DNA of 64,000 bases, from the NCBI GenBank assembly GCA_040285825.1, contig JAUPSS010000004.1, positions 3,452,589-3,516,588 of the forward strand, written 5' to 3'. The DNA is from Eukaryota sp. TZLM1-RC. Its lineage: Eukaryota > Protista > Metamonada: BaSk clade. Position 1 is the first letter of the stretch; every line of letters begins with the position of its first letter. Below, piece by piece: positions 1 to 11,741 of the stretch. A program made the translations under genes and the position numbers. The notes under the pieces are model-generated. The model was not told where the DNA came from. It was given only the letters and a program-made list of their open reading frames with translations, and ran no database searches.

Positions 1-486
1 TGACAACAGAGGTTCCAAAAAGGATTCAATTCTATGAGACTTACACATACAAAATAATTGGTCTCTTACAGCATCGTGATCCTTGCTTCTAAAAATAAGA
101 AAATGTTTACAATTTAACAAATGAGTAATTGTAATTTTTCGAGAACATTTACAAATTAAATTATGAGGTAAATTATCAGACCAGATAAAGGACCGAAATC
201 TCATATTCAAAGTCCAAGCAGAATCAGTTAAGAGAGTACCATAAACTTGAGGAATTGTTGTTACTAAGGCAGAAAAAGTTCTATCACACATATCTTGTAA
301 AAGATTTGCAAAAGCGGGATTCTTTTTCTTGGCCAAGCCAAGTCTTCATCAAACTCCAAGCTTCCAAAATTTTTTGACAATTTTTGTTGAAAAGTTTTTT
401 TACAGCAAAACTGCAAATTAAAAAAAGATCGGTTTGGAATTTCTTGAATTGAGTGGGGAAAACATTTTGTCCAAATTTGTGGTAAC
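1..486 (-). mobile_element. Degenerate fragment of family A CRE-like non-LTR retrotransposon (runs off window start)
   Basis: Clearly homologous, with substitutions and indels, to 3044-3535 of the intact copy (zinc-knuckle/HDAVRD region). Confidence 0.85.
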
Positions 487-1265
487 TTGCTGTCTCGCTA
501 AAGTTTCTCTAATTCGATTGAAAAACCGAGGTAATCTTTTACTTATGGTAATTTGAATTTGAGAGCACCATAAAAAAACATCAAATCTTTTCTTTGTTTT
601 TTCATGAACAATTTTTTGGAACTGATTCAAAAAGGTTCTTGCTTCTACTAATAGTCTTGTGTTTATCGAAGATAGAAAAGCAATAAAACTGTTCAATTTC
701 TATAAGCATTAGCTTCTTCGATACCTTTGTCATATTTTCTATGTTTTTCTTTAGATCTAAATTCGAGAGCATCAACAGGATTAAGGTTCTTTCTTTGAAC
801 CAAAGAGTCATTTGCAACATAACAGGAGTCAAAGCCAACAACAGCTTCAGAGTTCTCCGATAAGTTATCAATTTCGAACAATTAAGAGCATGGTGTAAGT
901 TGAGCTGTGGTGAATTCGAACAAATACATTTTTCTTTTAATGATAATTGGTTAATTGGAATATTCAAATATAATTTCATTTGTGTTACTAACGCTTAATT
1001 GTCAGCACACAGTCCAAATCTTCCTGATACAATAGTCACAAACAGTGAAGAATCTGATGACTGATTTTCACAAACACCATTTACCAATAACAATGAATGA
1101 AGATCTTGATTTAAAACAGCCGAGCTGCGTATACTTTCATAAAGATCATTTTCATACATTCCAGTCAGTCGCTATTGTCATGTTTGAAGAGCGTATTTTA
1201 ATTTTGTATAATTCTTTTCGGGTCATATTGCCATTGAGTGATTGGGGAAAGCAACATTCTGATAC
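487..1265 (-). mobile_element. Degenerate 3' fragment of family B CRE-like retrotransposon
   Basis: Broken ORFs KLYLNIPINQL...CICSNSPQL..HALNC and FDVFLW..QIQ match the intact family B ORF at 16761-17798. Confidence 0.85.
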
Positions 1266-1877
1266 GCAACACTAGATGAATTTTCAAACATCATTTCTTT
1301 AAATTGTTTCTTTCACACTTTTTAACATTTTATTAGATTTTGTGTAAGTTTCAAGAAGATACCCAATTATTTGAGAATGTCCATTCCTTCATTTAATGCA
1401 AAAAATTGGTTGTTTTGCTTACCGATAGTCTTTTGGAATTTGTTTAACAACAAAACGGATTTTTTAAAGCAGAGCATTTTCTGATCAATGGTTTTAAACA
1501 AATGTAGCAAATGCGAAATTTTAATTACCACAAGAATTGCCTATGGGTTAATAATGATTTTGACGTTAACACAAAGCATGACCTGGTTGGACGTCATACA
1601 TCATCTACTTAACAATATTGAATTTTGCAGATACTTGTCACAGTATTTCAACATTTTTGGCGAAGTAAATCAAAACAAAAGTTGTTGAAACCAAAAAAAT
1701 TTCTATACTATAATGTGTTTGTAAAATTTTTGAGAATTTTGCCTTTTTGTGCCAAAGTTTTTTGGCCTCAAGTTTTTGCCGCCATAAAATATTGCTACCA
1801 TAAAACAACTATGTCAAGTCCTGTTTCTGAACACCAACACCGTAAGCGCAGAGTTACTCTCTTTGACCGTTTTCAAC

Positions 1878-2511
1878 CAGTAACAAAACAATTTTTTTAT
1901 TCAATTGCAAAAAATTTATTACTTATCGTTGGACTATGCATGATGCTGTCAGAGATCTAATCCATACAAACTGTAATTCCTATCACATTGAATCACTTGT
2001 AGACCCGTTCTGGTTGTTGAGGTCTCTTGATATAAATGGAAAAGTAAGAGATTCAAAATATGGAAAATGGAGTGCTGATGTTGTTGTGACCTCATTTGAT
2101 GAAGTCTTGAATGTTGTTGAAGTTGTAACAGTGGATATATGCAAGAAAAGAGTATAATCCGAAGTATCCCCCCTTGTTGATTCAGAATTGTACAAACGGA
2201 AGAAATATATAAATCCTTTGAAAGAATTGAAACATGTTCGCCATTTGGATTACCAAATTTGCTCATTTGCTATATCCTTGTATAGGCATCTTGGAAACAC
2301 TGCCATGAGTTTTATTGATGATTTTGAAAATCTGAAAACAAGAAGAATGAATAAGCGATTTGATCGTCGTATGTGGTTAAATCGTATTGTTTTTACTATT
2401 TTCACAACAATACCTAAAACTATGTCGAACGCTTTGATATCTGTCAGTGCACTTTACAACTACATTGCTGTTGTACGGTTTGATGGTTCGAAAGCTTGTT
2501 TTGAAGATATT
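1878..2511 (+). mobile_element. Old RLE-domain fragment of a further CRE-like family (D), interrupted by family A copy 1 and resuming at 4829-4885
   Basis: NCKKFITYR.TMHDAVRD, ADVVV..FD, RRMWLNRIVFTIF. The C-terminus CFEDI continues after 4843 (VFCF, stop, A-rich tail). Confidence 0.75.
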
Positions 2512-4828
2512 TTTTTTTAAAATTTAATTTTATTCAAAACCTATAAATCAACATCTAAAAAATCCATCTCTCCCAAAACAAAAACACTAGATGCAACTCT
2601 CTCATAGTGAGAGCCAAGAGAAAGCAAAGCATCAGAAACCATCTTCAAAATCCCCTTAAAAATAGAAAACACAATTCTATTTTGCCAAAACAATCTGTTG
2701 AAATTTCTGCCAGTTCTTCTCTTTACAATCATTTCAAAATCATCCAAAAAACGTAAAGCAGTTGGTGCAAGTGAACCAAAAAGGGAAAATACAAATGGAT
2801 ACAAATTGTATTTTGCATGCTGTAGACTGGCCAATTTGGACAAAGGTTCATTGTATTTTTTGAATTTAAAATTTTCAGCATTTGAAAGGGGATTATGAAT
2901 TTCAGAATTAACAAGCCTTTCATTTGAGGCATTACAAGGATCAACAGACATTACATCTAATAAAATGAAGCTTCCATCTAATCCAGGTAATATGACATCA
3001 CCTCTATTATTCTTATGAAAATCATTTTCTGCATCAAACAAATTTGACAACAGAGGTTCCAAGAAGGATTCAATTCTATGAGATTTACACATACAATATA
3101 ACTGGTCTCTTACAGCATCATGAACCTTGCTTCTAAAAGTAATAAAATGTTTACAATTTAACAAATGAGTAGTTGTAATTTCTCGAGAACATTTACAAAT
3201 TAAATTATGAGGTAAATTATCAGGCCAGATAAAGGAACGAAATCTCATATTCAGAGTCCAAGCAGAATCGGATAAGAGAGTACCATAAACTTGTGGAATT
3301 GTTGTTACTAAGGCAGAAGAAGTACTGTCACACATATCTTGTAAAAGATTTGCAAAAGCGGGATTCTTTTTCTTGGCCAAGCCAAGTCTAACATCAAAAT
3401 CCAAGCTTTCAAAAATCTTTGACAATTTTTGTTGAAGCTTTTTACAGCAAAACTGTAAATTAAATAGAGATCGGTTTGGAATTTCTTGAATTGATTGAGG
3501 AAAACATTTGGTCCAAATCTGTGGCGGTAATTTTTCAAGTTCACAAGATAACTCATACAAATAGGGACTACAATTGGGGACTAACAGATGAGAATCATCA
3601 GGAAATCTACGAGAAAATTCATAAATAAAATTTTCGCCACCACCCAAGAATGCTGATTGACACAAAATTGAAGATTTAGTAAAACCAATACCACCCAAAT
3701 TTGCGGAAGAAAATAAATGGCTTTTCAACATTCCTGGTTCTACATCCAATAAATCAGCAAAAAATTCTGTTCTCAATGAATTAAAAGAACGACAAAAATC
3801 TAATGCTATGGAAGGAGCACAAGATCTCAAAATGTGGGTTATTCTCCCAGTGTAGCAAATTTTAAGCATGAAAAATTTAATATGCTTTTCTATATCTAAA
3901 GAAGAAATTGAATCAAGTTCAATTTTCATTTTTTCCAAAATAACTTGCAATTCATTCTGAATTTGAGGCACATTTCCTAACCAACAACCAAGGAACTTAA
4001 AAGCATCACTACTATAATTAGTAAAAGGGACAATAGAATCGTTTATCACGAGGTCTTGAGCAGAAGAGCCAATCAGAAGGCATTTGCTGGCATTAAGATG
4101 AAGCCCAATATTTTCATATGAATCGGCAATTTCTTGAGCAACCAATTCTAGTAAATCAAATGAACCAATCAAGGATATATCATCCATATAAGCAACTATT
4201 TTTATAGAAGGGTATTTTTGCTTAATGATATTTAAAGTTTTGTGAATAGCTAAACAAAACAATAATGGGCCTAAAGGATCTCCCTGCTTCACTCCAGAAG
4301 ATGATTTAAGACCAAATGAATTAAAAATTAAATCTGATTCTTTCCCATAAAAATGGTAGAAAAAACTCGATAGCTCAGGAAAATCAGATTTAATTACTTC
4401 AAAAATTGCTTCTCGCTTTACAGAATTAAAAGCATTTTTAAAGTCGAGATTAAAAATAAAATTATTTTCCTCTGCATTAAAAAAGGTATCAGAGGCAATA
4501 GCAGCAACAGAAGCACCATCAATTGTTTTGATTCCAAATTGATGAGGATTCAAAAATGTAGAAGCTTTGTCTTTGACACGATCGAAGACAATTGATGCTA
4601 GCAAACGAGAAAGAGATTCACCAACAGCAATTGGGCGTATTCCATCAGGTTTGATTCCGTTTCCAGGCTTTACTAAAGCAATCAGACGTGCTGCGAGTAA
4701 TTCAAATGGAGGATTAATTTTCAAAACAATCAATTGTTGAAAATAGTGGGCTAGATCATCAGCAATTTCGGGAGCACTGGAACACGCTATTTTTAACAGA
4801 TCAAAAGAAACTCCAGATGGGCCTGCAG
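2512..4828 (-). mobile_element. Family A CRE-like non-LTR retrotransposon, copy 1 (5'-truncated, young)
   Basis: Uninterrupted RT+RLE frame, AATAAA plus oligo(A) tail at the 3' end, 15-bp TSD TGTTTTGAAGATATT at 2497-2511 and 4829-4843. Confidence 0.95.
2541..4733 (-). CDS. Reverse transcriptase + restriction-like endonuclease polyprotein (N-terminally truncated; frame stays open to ~4828)
   Basis: RT motifs IRPIAVGE, QFG, LDFKNAFNS, GVKQGDPLGPLLF, YMDD, GLHLN..KC, FLG. Then CKC..HLLNC zinc knuckle, KVHDAVRD, RGD..LDV..K..KY RLE motifs. Confidence 0.92.
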   Translation of the reverse strand: MIVLKINPPFELLAARLIALVKPGNGIKPDGIRPIAVGESLSRLLASIVFDRVKDKASTFLNPHQFGIKTIDGASVAAIASDTFFNAEENNFIFNLDFKNAFNSVKREAIFEVIKSDFPELSSFFYHFYGKESDLIFNSFGLKSSSGVKQGDPLGPLLFCLAIHKTLNIIKQKYPSIKIVAYMDDISLIGSFDLLELVAQEIADSYENIGLHLNASKCLLIGSSAQDLVINDSIVPFTNYSSDAFKFLGCWLGNVPQIQNELQVILEKMKIELDSISSLDIEKHIKFFMLKICYTGRITHILRSCAPSIALDFCRSFNSLRTEFFADLLDVEPGMLKSHLFSSANLGGIGFTKSSILCQSAFLGGGENFIYEFSRRFPDDSHLLVPNCSPYLYELSCELEKLPPQIWTKCFPQSIQEIPNRSLFNLQFCCKKLQQKLSKIFESLDFDVRLGLAKKKNPAFANLLQDMCDSTSSALVTTIPQVYGTLLSDSAWTLNMRFRSFIWPDNLPHNLICKCSREITTTHLLNCKHFITFRSKVHDAVRDQLYCMCKSHRIESFLEPLLSNLFDAENDFHKNNRGDVILPGLDGSFILLDVMSVDPCNASNERLVNSEIHNPLSNAENFKFKKYNEPLSKLASLQHAKYNLYPFVFSLFGSLAPTALRFLDDFEMIVKRRTGRNFNRLFWQNRIVFSIFKGILKMVSDALLSLGSHYERVASSVFVLGEMDFLDVDL

Positions 4829-5249
4829 TGTTTTGAAGATATTGTTTTCTGTTTTTGAAAATAATTTAAATTTATAAAAAAAATTACCAAACTCAAACGA
4901 AGTTATTGACGTTGAATCTGAAGCAGCAATTCCGCAACATTGCTCCCCTGCTAATATGGAAGATGCCAAACATACTCAAAAATATTGATGATTGCTGGTG
5001 TTTGGAGTAATACTATATTGATATGGAAATCGTAATTTGATAAAAGTATTGTTACTTCTATGTTTTGAAAACAATAATTGGAAACAGAATAATAAATACC
5101 AGTAGTTTACAAACAACTTTGGGAATTTTGCCATTTACCCCAGAATTTTACAAACACGGTAAACAAATGCGTCCAATTTGTTATATTGTATTGTTATACC
5201 CGATTGCTGATTGTCTCTAATTAAGGTCGAATACACTAAAAATGCAATT

Positions 5250-5321
5250 GGGATCATGGTCCAATGGTAGGGCATCAGCCTCCAGAGCTGCAAGATCGTG
5301 GTTCGATTCCTCGTGGTCCCA
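5250..5321 (+). tRNA. tRNA-Trp (anticodon CCA at 5282-5284)
   Basis: Cloverleaf: acceptor GGGATCA/TGGTCCC, D stem GTCC/GGGC, anticodon loop CTCCAGA, T loop TTCGATT. A T-run Pol III terminator follows at about 5325-5329. Mismatches at pair 27:43 (T-C) and in the T stem (T-T). Confidence 0.9.
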
Positions 5322-5854
5322 TAATTTTTGTGCAATACTTTTTGTGAAGACGATATATATAGGGTGCGACGATACCATTGAAATCAAATAGATTTCCATA
5401 TTATAATGTGTTGGTGGCAGATTTTCCCTAACAAGCTGATAACCTCGTTCCAAAAAATTCATTGAATCACATGGATTAATTGATCTCTGAGAAACTGCTT
5501 CCCTAAACAACGATGAAATTGGTCACTAATGTTTGAAAACTGTTGCTTTCAAATTTACATGGTAGAAATAACATAATAGTCGACTAGCAATATCTTTCCG
5601 AATACCTTTAAGCCCTCAATTCTACATCCACATTTTCAGCCTATAGGTTTTGTAGAGATTAAGCTTCTGCTTCATCAACTTGAAACAGATTGAAAGGGAT
5701 TGACTATACGTTCCAACTGTGTACCATCTCTAGAATTGATTGAGCTGTGCAACTGTGATCAAAACACTTACTTATTTGGTTTGCATATTGGACTTCCCAT
5801 AACTTTTGAACAATGTTCTGTTTTTGCGTTTATTTCTTGGTTCAAGTATAAACT

Positions 5855-7912
5855 TTTTTTTTTAAATTTAATTTTATTCTAAACCTATAAATCAACATCT
5901 AAAAAATCCATCTCTCCCAAAACAAAAACACTAGATGCAACTCTCTCATAGTGAGATCCAAGAGAAAGCAAAGCATCAGAAACCATCTTCAACATCCCTT
6001 TAAAAATAGAAAACACAATTCTATTTTGCCAAAACAATCTGTTGAAATTTCTGCCAGTTCTTCTCTTTACAATCATTTCAAAATCATCCAAAAAACGTAA
6101 AGCAGTTGGTGCAAGTGAACCAAAAAGGGAAAATACAAATGGATACAAATTGTATTTTGCATGCTGTAGACTGGCCAATTTGGACAAAGGTTCATTGTAT
6201 TTTTTGAATTTAAAATTTTCAGCATTTGAAAGGGGATTATGAATTTCAGAATTAACTAGCCTTTCATTTGAGGCATTACAAGGATCAACAGACATTACAT
6301 CCAATAAAATGAAGCTTCCATCTAATCCAGGTAATATGACATCACCTCTATTATTCTTATGAAAATCTTTTTCAGCATCAAACAAATTTGACAACAAAGG
6401 TTCCAAGAAGGATTCAATTCTATGAGATTTACACATACAATATAACTGGTCTCTTACAGCATCATGAACCTTGCTTCTAAAAGTAATAAAATGTTTACAA
6501 TTTAACAAATGAGTAGTTGTAATTTCTCGAGAACATTTACAAATTAAATTATGAGGTAAATTATCAGGCCAGATAAAGGAACGAAATCTCATATTCAGAG
6601 TCCAAGCAGAATCGGATAAAAGAGTACCATAAACTTGTGGAATTGTTGTTACTAAGGCAGAAGAAGTACTGTCACACATATCTTGTAAAAGATTTGCAAA
6701 AGCGGGATTCTTTTTCTTGGCCAAGCCAAGTCTAACATCAAAATCCAAGCTTTCAAAAATCTTTGACAATTTTTGTTGAAGCTTTTTACAGCAAAACTGT
6801 AAATTAAATAGAGATCGGTTTGGAATTTCTTGAATTGATTGAGGAAAACATTTGGTCCAAATTTGTGGCGGTAATTTTTCAAGTTCACAAGATAACTCAT
6901 ACAAATAGGGACTACAATTGGGGACTAACAGATGAGAATCATCAGGAAATCTACGAGAAAATTCATAAATAAAATTTTTGCCACCACCCAAGAATGCTGA
7001 TTGACACAAAATTGAAGATTTAGTAAAACCAATACCACCCAAATTTGCTGAAGAAAATAAATGGCTTTTCAACATTCCTGGTTCTACATCCAATAAATCA
7101 GCAAAAAATTCTGTTCTCAATGAATTAAAAGAACGACAAAAATCTAATGCTATGGAAGGAGCACAAGATCTCAAAATGTGGGTTATTCTCCCAGTGTAGC
7201 AAATTTTAAGCATGAAAAATTTAATATGCTTTTCTATATCTAAAGAAGAAATTGAATCAAGTTCAATTTTCATTTTTTCCAAAATAACTTGCAATTCATT
7301 CTGAATTTGAGGCACATTTCCTAACCAACAACCAAGGAACTTAAAAGCATCACTATTATAATTAGTAAAAGGGACAAAAGAATCGTTTATCACGAGGTCT
7401 TGAGCAGAAGAGCCAATCAGAAGGCATTTGCTGGCATTAAGATGAAGCCCAATATTTTCATATGAATCGGCAATTTCTTGAGCAACCAATTCTAGTAAAT
7501 CAAATGAACCAATCAAGGATATATCATCCATATAAGCAACTATTTTTATAGAAGGGTATTTTTGCTTAATGATATTTAAAGTTTTGTGAATAGCTAAACA
7601 AAACAATAATGGGCCTAAAGGATCTCCCTGCTTCACTCCAGAAGATGATTTAAGTCCAAATGAATTAAAAATTAAATCTGATTCTTTCCCATAAAAATGG
7701 TAGAAAAAACTCGATAGCTCAGGAAAATCAGATTTAATTACTTCAAAAATTGCTTCTCGCTTTACAGAATTAAAAGCATTTTTAAAGTCGAGATTAAAAA
7801 TGAAATTATTTTCCTCTGCATTAAAAAAGGTATCAGAGGCAATAGCAGCAACAGAAGCACCATCAATTGTTTTGATTCCAAATTGATGAGGATTCAAAAA
7901 TGTAGAAGCTTT
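5855..7912 (-). mobile_element. Family A CRE-like retrotransposon, copy 2 (5'-truncated, young)
   Basis: Only 5 amino-acid differences seen versus copy 1 over ~675 aa. A10 tail. 14-bp TSD TTCAAGTATAAACT at 5841-5854 and 7911-7924. Confidence 0.95.
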
Positions 7913-7915
7913 CAA
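5885..7915 (-). CDS. RT + RLE polyprotein, truncated copy 2
   Basis: Same RT (YMDD) and RLE motifs as 2541-4733. The listed start codon is an artefact of the truncation junction. Confidence 0.88.
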   Translation of the reverse strand: MKASTFLNPHQFGIKTIDGASVAAIASDTFFNAEENNFIFNLDFKNAFNSVKREAIFEVIKSDFPELSSFFYHFYGKESDLIFNSFGLKSSSGVKQGDPLGPLLFCLAIHKTLNIIKQKYPSIKIVAYMDDISLIGSFDLLELVAQEIADSYENIGLHLNASKCLLIGSSAQDLVINDSFVPFTNYNSDAFKFLGCWLGNVPQIQNELQVILEKMKIELDSISSLDIEKHIKFFMLKICYTGRITHILRSCAPSIALDFCRSFNSLRTEFFADLLDVEPGMLKSHLFSSANLGGIGFTKSSILCQSAFLGGGKNFIYEFSRRFPDDSHLLVPNCSPYLYELSCELEKLPPQIWTKCFPQSIQEIPNRSLFNLQFCCKKLQQKLSKIFESLDFDVRLGLAKKKNPAFANLLQDMCDSTSSALVTTIPQVYGTLLSDSAWTLNMRFRSFIWPDNLPHNLICKCSREITTTHLLNCKHFITFRSKVHDAVRDQLYCMCKSHRIESFLEPLLSNLFDAEKDFHKNNRGDVILPGLDGSFILLDVMSVDPCNASNERLVNSEIHNPLSNAENFKFKKYNEPLSKLASLQHAKYNLYPFVFSLFGSLAPTALRFLDDFEMIVKRRTGRNFNRLFWQNRIVFSIFKGMLKMVSDALLSLGSHYERVASSVFVLGEMDFLDVDL

Positions 7916-7924
7916 GTATAAACT

Positions 7925-8060
7925 GTTCTGAATATCAAAGCATAATCTACAGTCTCAGATTCAAAGGTTAAGCAGAATCTTAAATAATAGAAAATGAGAA
8001 CCATAAATTGAAGAAATGGTAGTAACTGAAGCAAAAGATGTACCGTCACAAATCATTTTG
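7925..8060 (-). mobile_element. Old relic of a family A-related retroelement flanking copy 2
   Basis: Degenerate similarity to 3240-3340 (..aagcagaatc....accataaa.ttg...gtcaca..atc). Confidence 0.55.
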
Positions 8061-8209
8061 AACAGGAAGTGGAACCTTGATCAATTTTCATTCTCTCTAG
8101 AATATATTTTGTAGTTCATGCAGAATATAAGGCATATTACCTGACCAGCAAGAAAAGAAAAGCTACAGATCGCAGCAGGAACAGTGAAATCAATGATTAG
8201 GCTATTGAT

Positions 8210-9760
8210 ATGAATTGGCTAATTCAAACAATTTTATCTGCATTTGCAGTGTTAAAGGAACAAATGCTGCATTTGTCAGAAATGGCTGAGCAACGTCTAA
8301 TCATCATATCAAGAGTTCTGCATTTTCGTACCCTCAAGCAGGTTTTCACTTGTGACATAATGCTCCCATCAAAAACGAGGTCACCAGATCAACATGTCAG
8401 CCACTTCCCCTCCACTGTCCTCTAGCGAGCTCGATAAGTCCATCAATACGTTGCTGGAGCTTAGTTTCAAGATTCCTGAACAAATGAAGGAGGGTCATCT
8501 ACTCAAACATGAACAACAACCCAGTGGAACAAGGTGCAAGGTCCATGACAGCAACCACATATCTTTTGATCGAACAGATCTAGTCGTGATCCCTTCTTAT
8601 ATGTTTCATTCCCCTTCAAGACAACTCGATTCTCTACGATATAAATCATACTTATAAGATGGACAATGATGAATTTCTTGATTTTCTTACCTTCAATGCA
8701 CTTCGATCAGTGCTCTCTAAGGAGGTTTCCTGGCAAGAGTTAATGGAATCATTTCTGCGTGATTTGTTCCATGAAACTTTCCTTGTAAGCGATCGGGACA
8801 TTGGGGGTCAGAAATCCTATTTACTCTCACTCAACAAGTAAAACAAATATTGTTAATTCATCAAAGCTGCGGACCTCTGAAAATGTAGAGTCTGTGAGGT
8901 TGCCTGTTAGTATCAACCCAGCTTTCATTGCTTTTCAAGCCAATGATGGCATGGGCAAGGCTAAGAATCAGCTTTTCCTCAAAATGGTGACTCATTATTC
9001 TTTGCTGGTGATGGACATTAAAAACGAGAGAGATAGTTCAACGCATTCTGATCCAATGTTGCAATGTGATCTCTATGCTGGACGGAGTCTTCTCCACAAC
9101 CACTTGTTCTATGTTATTGAAGCTCCTTGTTTGTTGCTTCATTTAGGATGGAACACACTTCCACCAGTATTCAATGTGTTTGACAAGAGAGAAACATTTC
9201 AACGTGTCGTTGGTTTATGATTTTGACTTTTCACGACCGAATCAAGATTCTTGGGCTAATTTTTCTTGGTTCTTTCAACAATTTCATTCCGTTTGGGAAC
9301 TTTCTTGTTATGTCCCTCACAGGATTTATCTTGCTATTCAGGATGTTCGATCCTTGATATCGGTACTGCCAAATTAAAAATCCCAATTGATTCTAATTTT
9401 CAAAATTAAATGTCTTTGTGGGAATGTTCAAAGAGAAGCTTATTTTTGTCAAAATTGCTGATTGAAGTTGAAAAATTGTTGGCCTTGCCCCATTCTATAT
9501 GAACCATGTCAGTAAAAGCAAGGTAATTGGAAGATTGCCAAAGCCACCAGAAAGAATTTTAACCGTTGAACTTTTGTTTTGCTACGAGTACCACAAAATT
9601 GATTGGCTAGACGGAGCTGAACCAGATCAACTTATTAAAAGCAGTCATGGTGCGTGGTGGACATATACCAAGTGGCTATCTCCAGGATGTTTTCAAAGCT
9701 AGCCAAGCTCAAGCTGGAGCAAAGAAGAAGCAATGTGAGCAGCAAAAGGTTGATGATTAC
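8210..9760 (+). pseudogene. Possible fragmented dynein heavy chain relic
   Basis: Chain of short broken ORFs. IGRLPKPPERI and SWCVVDIYQV...KLAKLKLEQ resemble the dynein stalk/microtubule-binding region. The remaining fragments are unassigned. Confidence 0.3.
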
Positions 9761-10861
9761 CTTGTATATGGGAAACGTCGACTTGCCGGTAGTTATGGTT
9801 ATACCCTTTTTTATTAGGATTTTCTTATCAGTATGGTAACTTGGAATGTTTCTGGACCTCTCATTTCATCATTTTGTCGATTTTTGAATTTTTGGTAAAT
9901 ACTAATCATCCTTTTAAACAATGGTATATTTATTTCATCATCATTTCCTCAAAATTATTCCAAATTTCGAATAACGTCCTTTGAATATTACTTGACTTTC
10001 AATTCCACATCATTAATTGTCATGGACATCGCAGAGGCTGAAAAAACACCCTAACCTATCGTGGGCAAGTACAACTCTATTATTTTCAAAATAAATTTTT
10101 TGTAGCACATAGTTTCTTTTTTAACAGCTTTTTTTTGTATTGCGAAATATTGTAAACTCACAAGCAAAGATAACGTTGTATTTTTAAGGCTGATGTGAAA
10201 TTTGACAGATGTCCATTATTTTTCGGAATATGCCAACAGATTTGCCTTCAGAATTACAAGACAGAGAAGTGGTACGATACTTCGTGGTTTAATTTTTGAT
10301 TTTTTCTATCTCTAAAACAAACAATATTGGTTACCGACAAAATGCTACAATTTGGTGAGATTGGTTACTCATCCAACATTTTTGCCATTTTAATATGCAC
10401 AACAAAGTGCTGAATTTAATGAATAAGGAACGAATAATGTTATCTCTTGAGTAGTATCTTCGCATTGATGACCGAAGTTGTTTCATTTGGAATAAGTAAA
10501 TATGATAAAAATCAAACAGTATACCTGTTGATTTTTCACATAATTGAAATGAACGTGATTAGGAACAACACAACAGGAGAAACTGGTGTAGAGGACACAA
10601 ACGTTTGGTTAAAGGGTTTAAATTTTGTTGTGAGAAACGAAATAGCAATGTCTTTGCAAACTGAAGTTGTTAAATCTTTTGTAATTCAGTTCGTTGCTGA
10701 ATTTGAAAACTGTACCTACAAAGACCAACATCAAGAAATTTCTGCAGAAAAAGTACAGCAACAGTTGAAACAACATATGATTCTTGAAAATTACATAATT
10801 CAAATTGACTCAAATAATTCACCTTTTAAAATAGACTCAAAACTAGAATAATTAAATTTAT

Positions 10862-11095
10862 TTGGTCTCAAACAGCATCATGAACTTTTATCTGTAAGAA
10901 TTTTGGGCCACACGTTTTGGCAGAACACAATTGTATTTTCATTTTTTTAAAGGTGTTGTCCCCTCATTAACTTCTGCTTTGTCATCTCTTGGTATTATGA
11001 AGGAACAACTTCCACTCGATTCTTTTCGGCTGATTTGGGGTATGAAGATTTACATATTTAAGGATGTTGTTGTGTTCTTCGTTGGAATAAATTAA
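10862..11095 (+). mobile_element. Degenerate 3' end of a CRE-like element
   Basis: FWQNTIVFSF..KG...GYEDL stop, then AATAAA, like the C-termini of families A and C. Confidence 0.6.
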
Positions 11096-11169
11096 TGTTT
11101 GGAAAAAATCTTTAAACTATTGGAATTATTGCCGTAGTTCTTGCTTGTTGTTTAAATGGAAGTCAAATG

Positions 11170-11590
11170 CACTGTGAATATTCACCTTTGAAAAGAGTGG
11201 TTCAGTTTGCTATGAATTTTTCAATCGATGCTGCAAATATTTGTGAATGAAAATAATTGTAGTGTACATTGAAACTGAGCAAAAAGGTCCAAAAGTAAAT
11301 ATCACTGAAATTGGAAAACTAAATGTTTTTGAACTTGATGATTGTGGTCAATTTTACTCCCAAGATCTTAAGCTTTTCAGTGAGGTGGCTCCAATGCTAG
11401 TGTTTGAATTTCTGAGTTTAAACATTTTGCAAGTTTTGATTTAATCAGAATTTAAAAACACATTCTGATTTAAATGTTTGGAGCTTAATTATCCATTTAA
11501 TGCAGAACAATTACCCATTTCACGAGTGAAGTTTGTATGCGATAAATTCCACAAAGGAAAGTTGATTAAAATTTTATCTCCCGTTACTAA
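11170..11590 (+). pseudogene. Relic of the C-terminal part of the RCC1/LRR-like family
   Basis: KRVVQFA and KGPKVNITEIGKLNVF resemble KRVAQFA and KAPKVINTRIKKLDVY in 36549-38714. Confidence 0.35.
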
Positions 11591-11741
11591 AAGTGTTTGT
11601 AATGTGTTTTATAAAACTCTAAAGCAAATTTAAAGCAAACTTAAAGCCAAATTAAACTAATTTGCTTGTCTATTAATTATCAGACCAAAACAATTACAAA
11701 GAAAAAGATTCAATAGGACATAAAAATACTAGAATTTAGAC

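Noticed and set aside
4844-5854. Retroelements targeting the tRNA-Trp gene
   Set aside because: The flanking insertions are ~420 and ~530 bp away with unrelated TSDs, and other copies have no tRNA nearby.
2541-7915. Bacterial-type RT system (retron, DGR, group II intron) or tandem gene duplication
   Set aside because: Eukaryotic context, C-terminal RLE domain, A-tails, different 5' truncation points and separate TSDs show independent non-LTR insertions.
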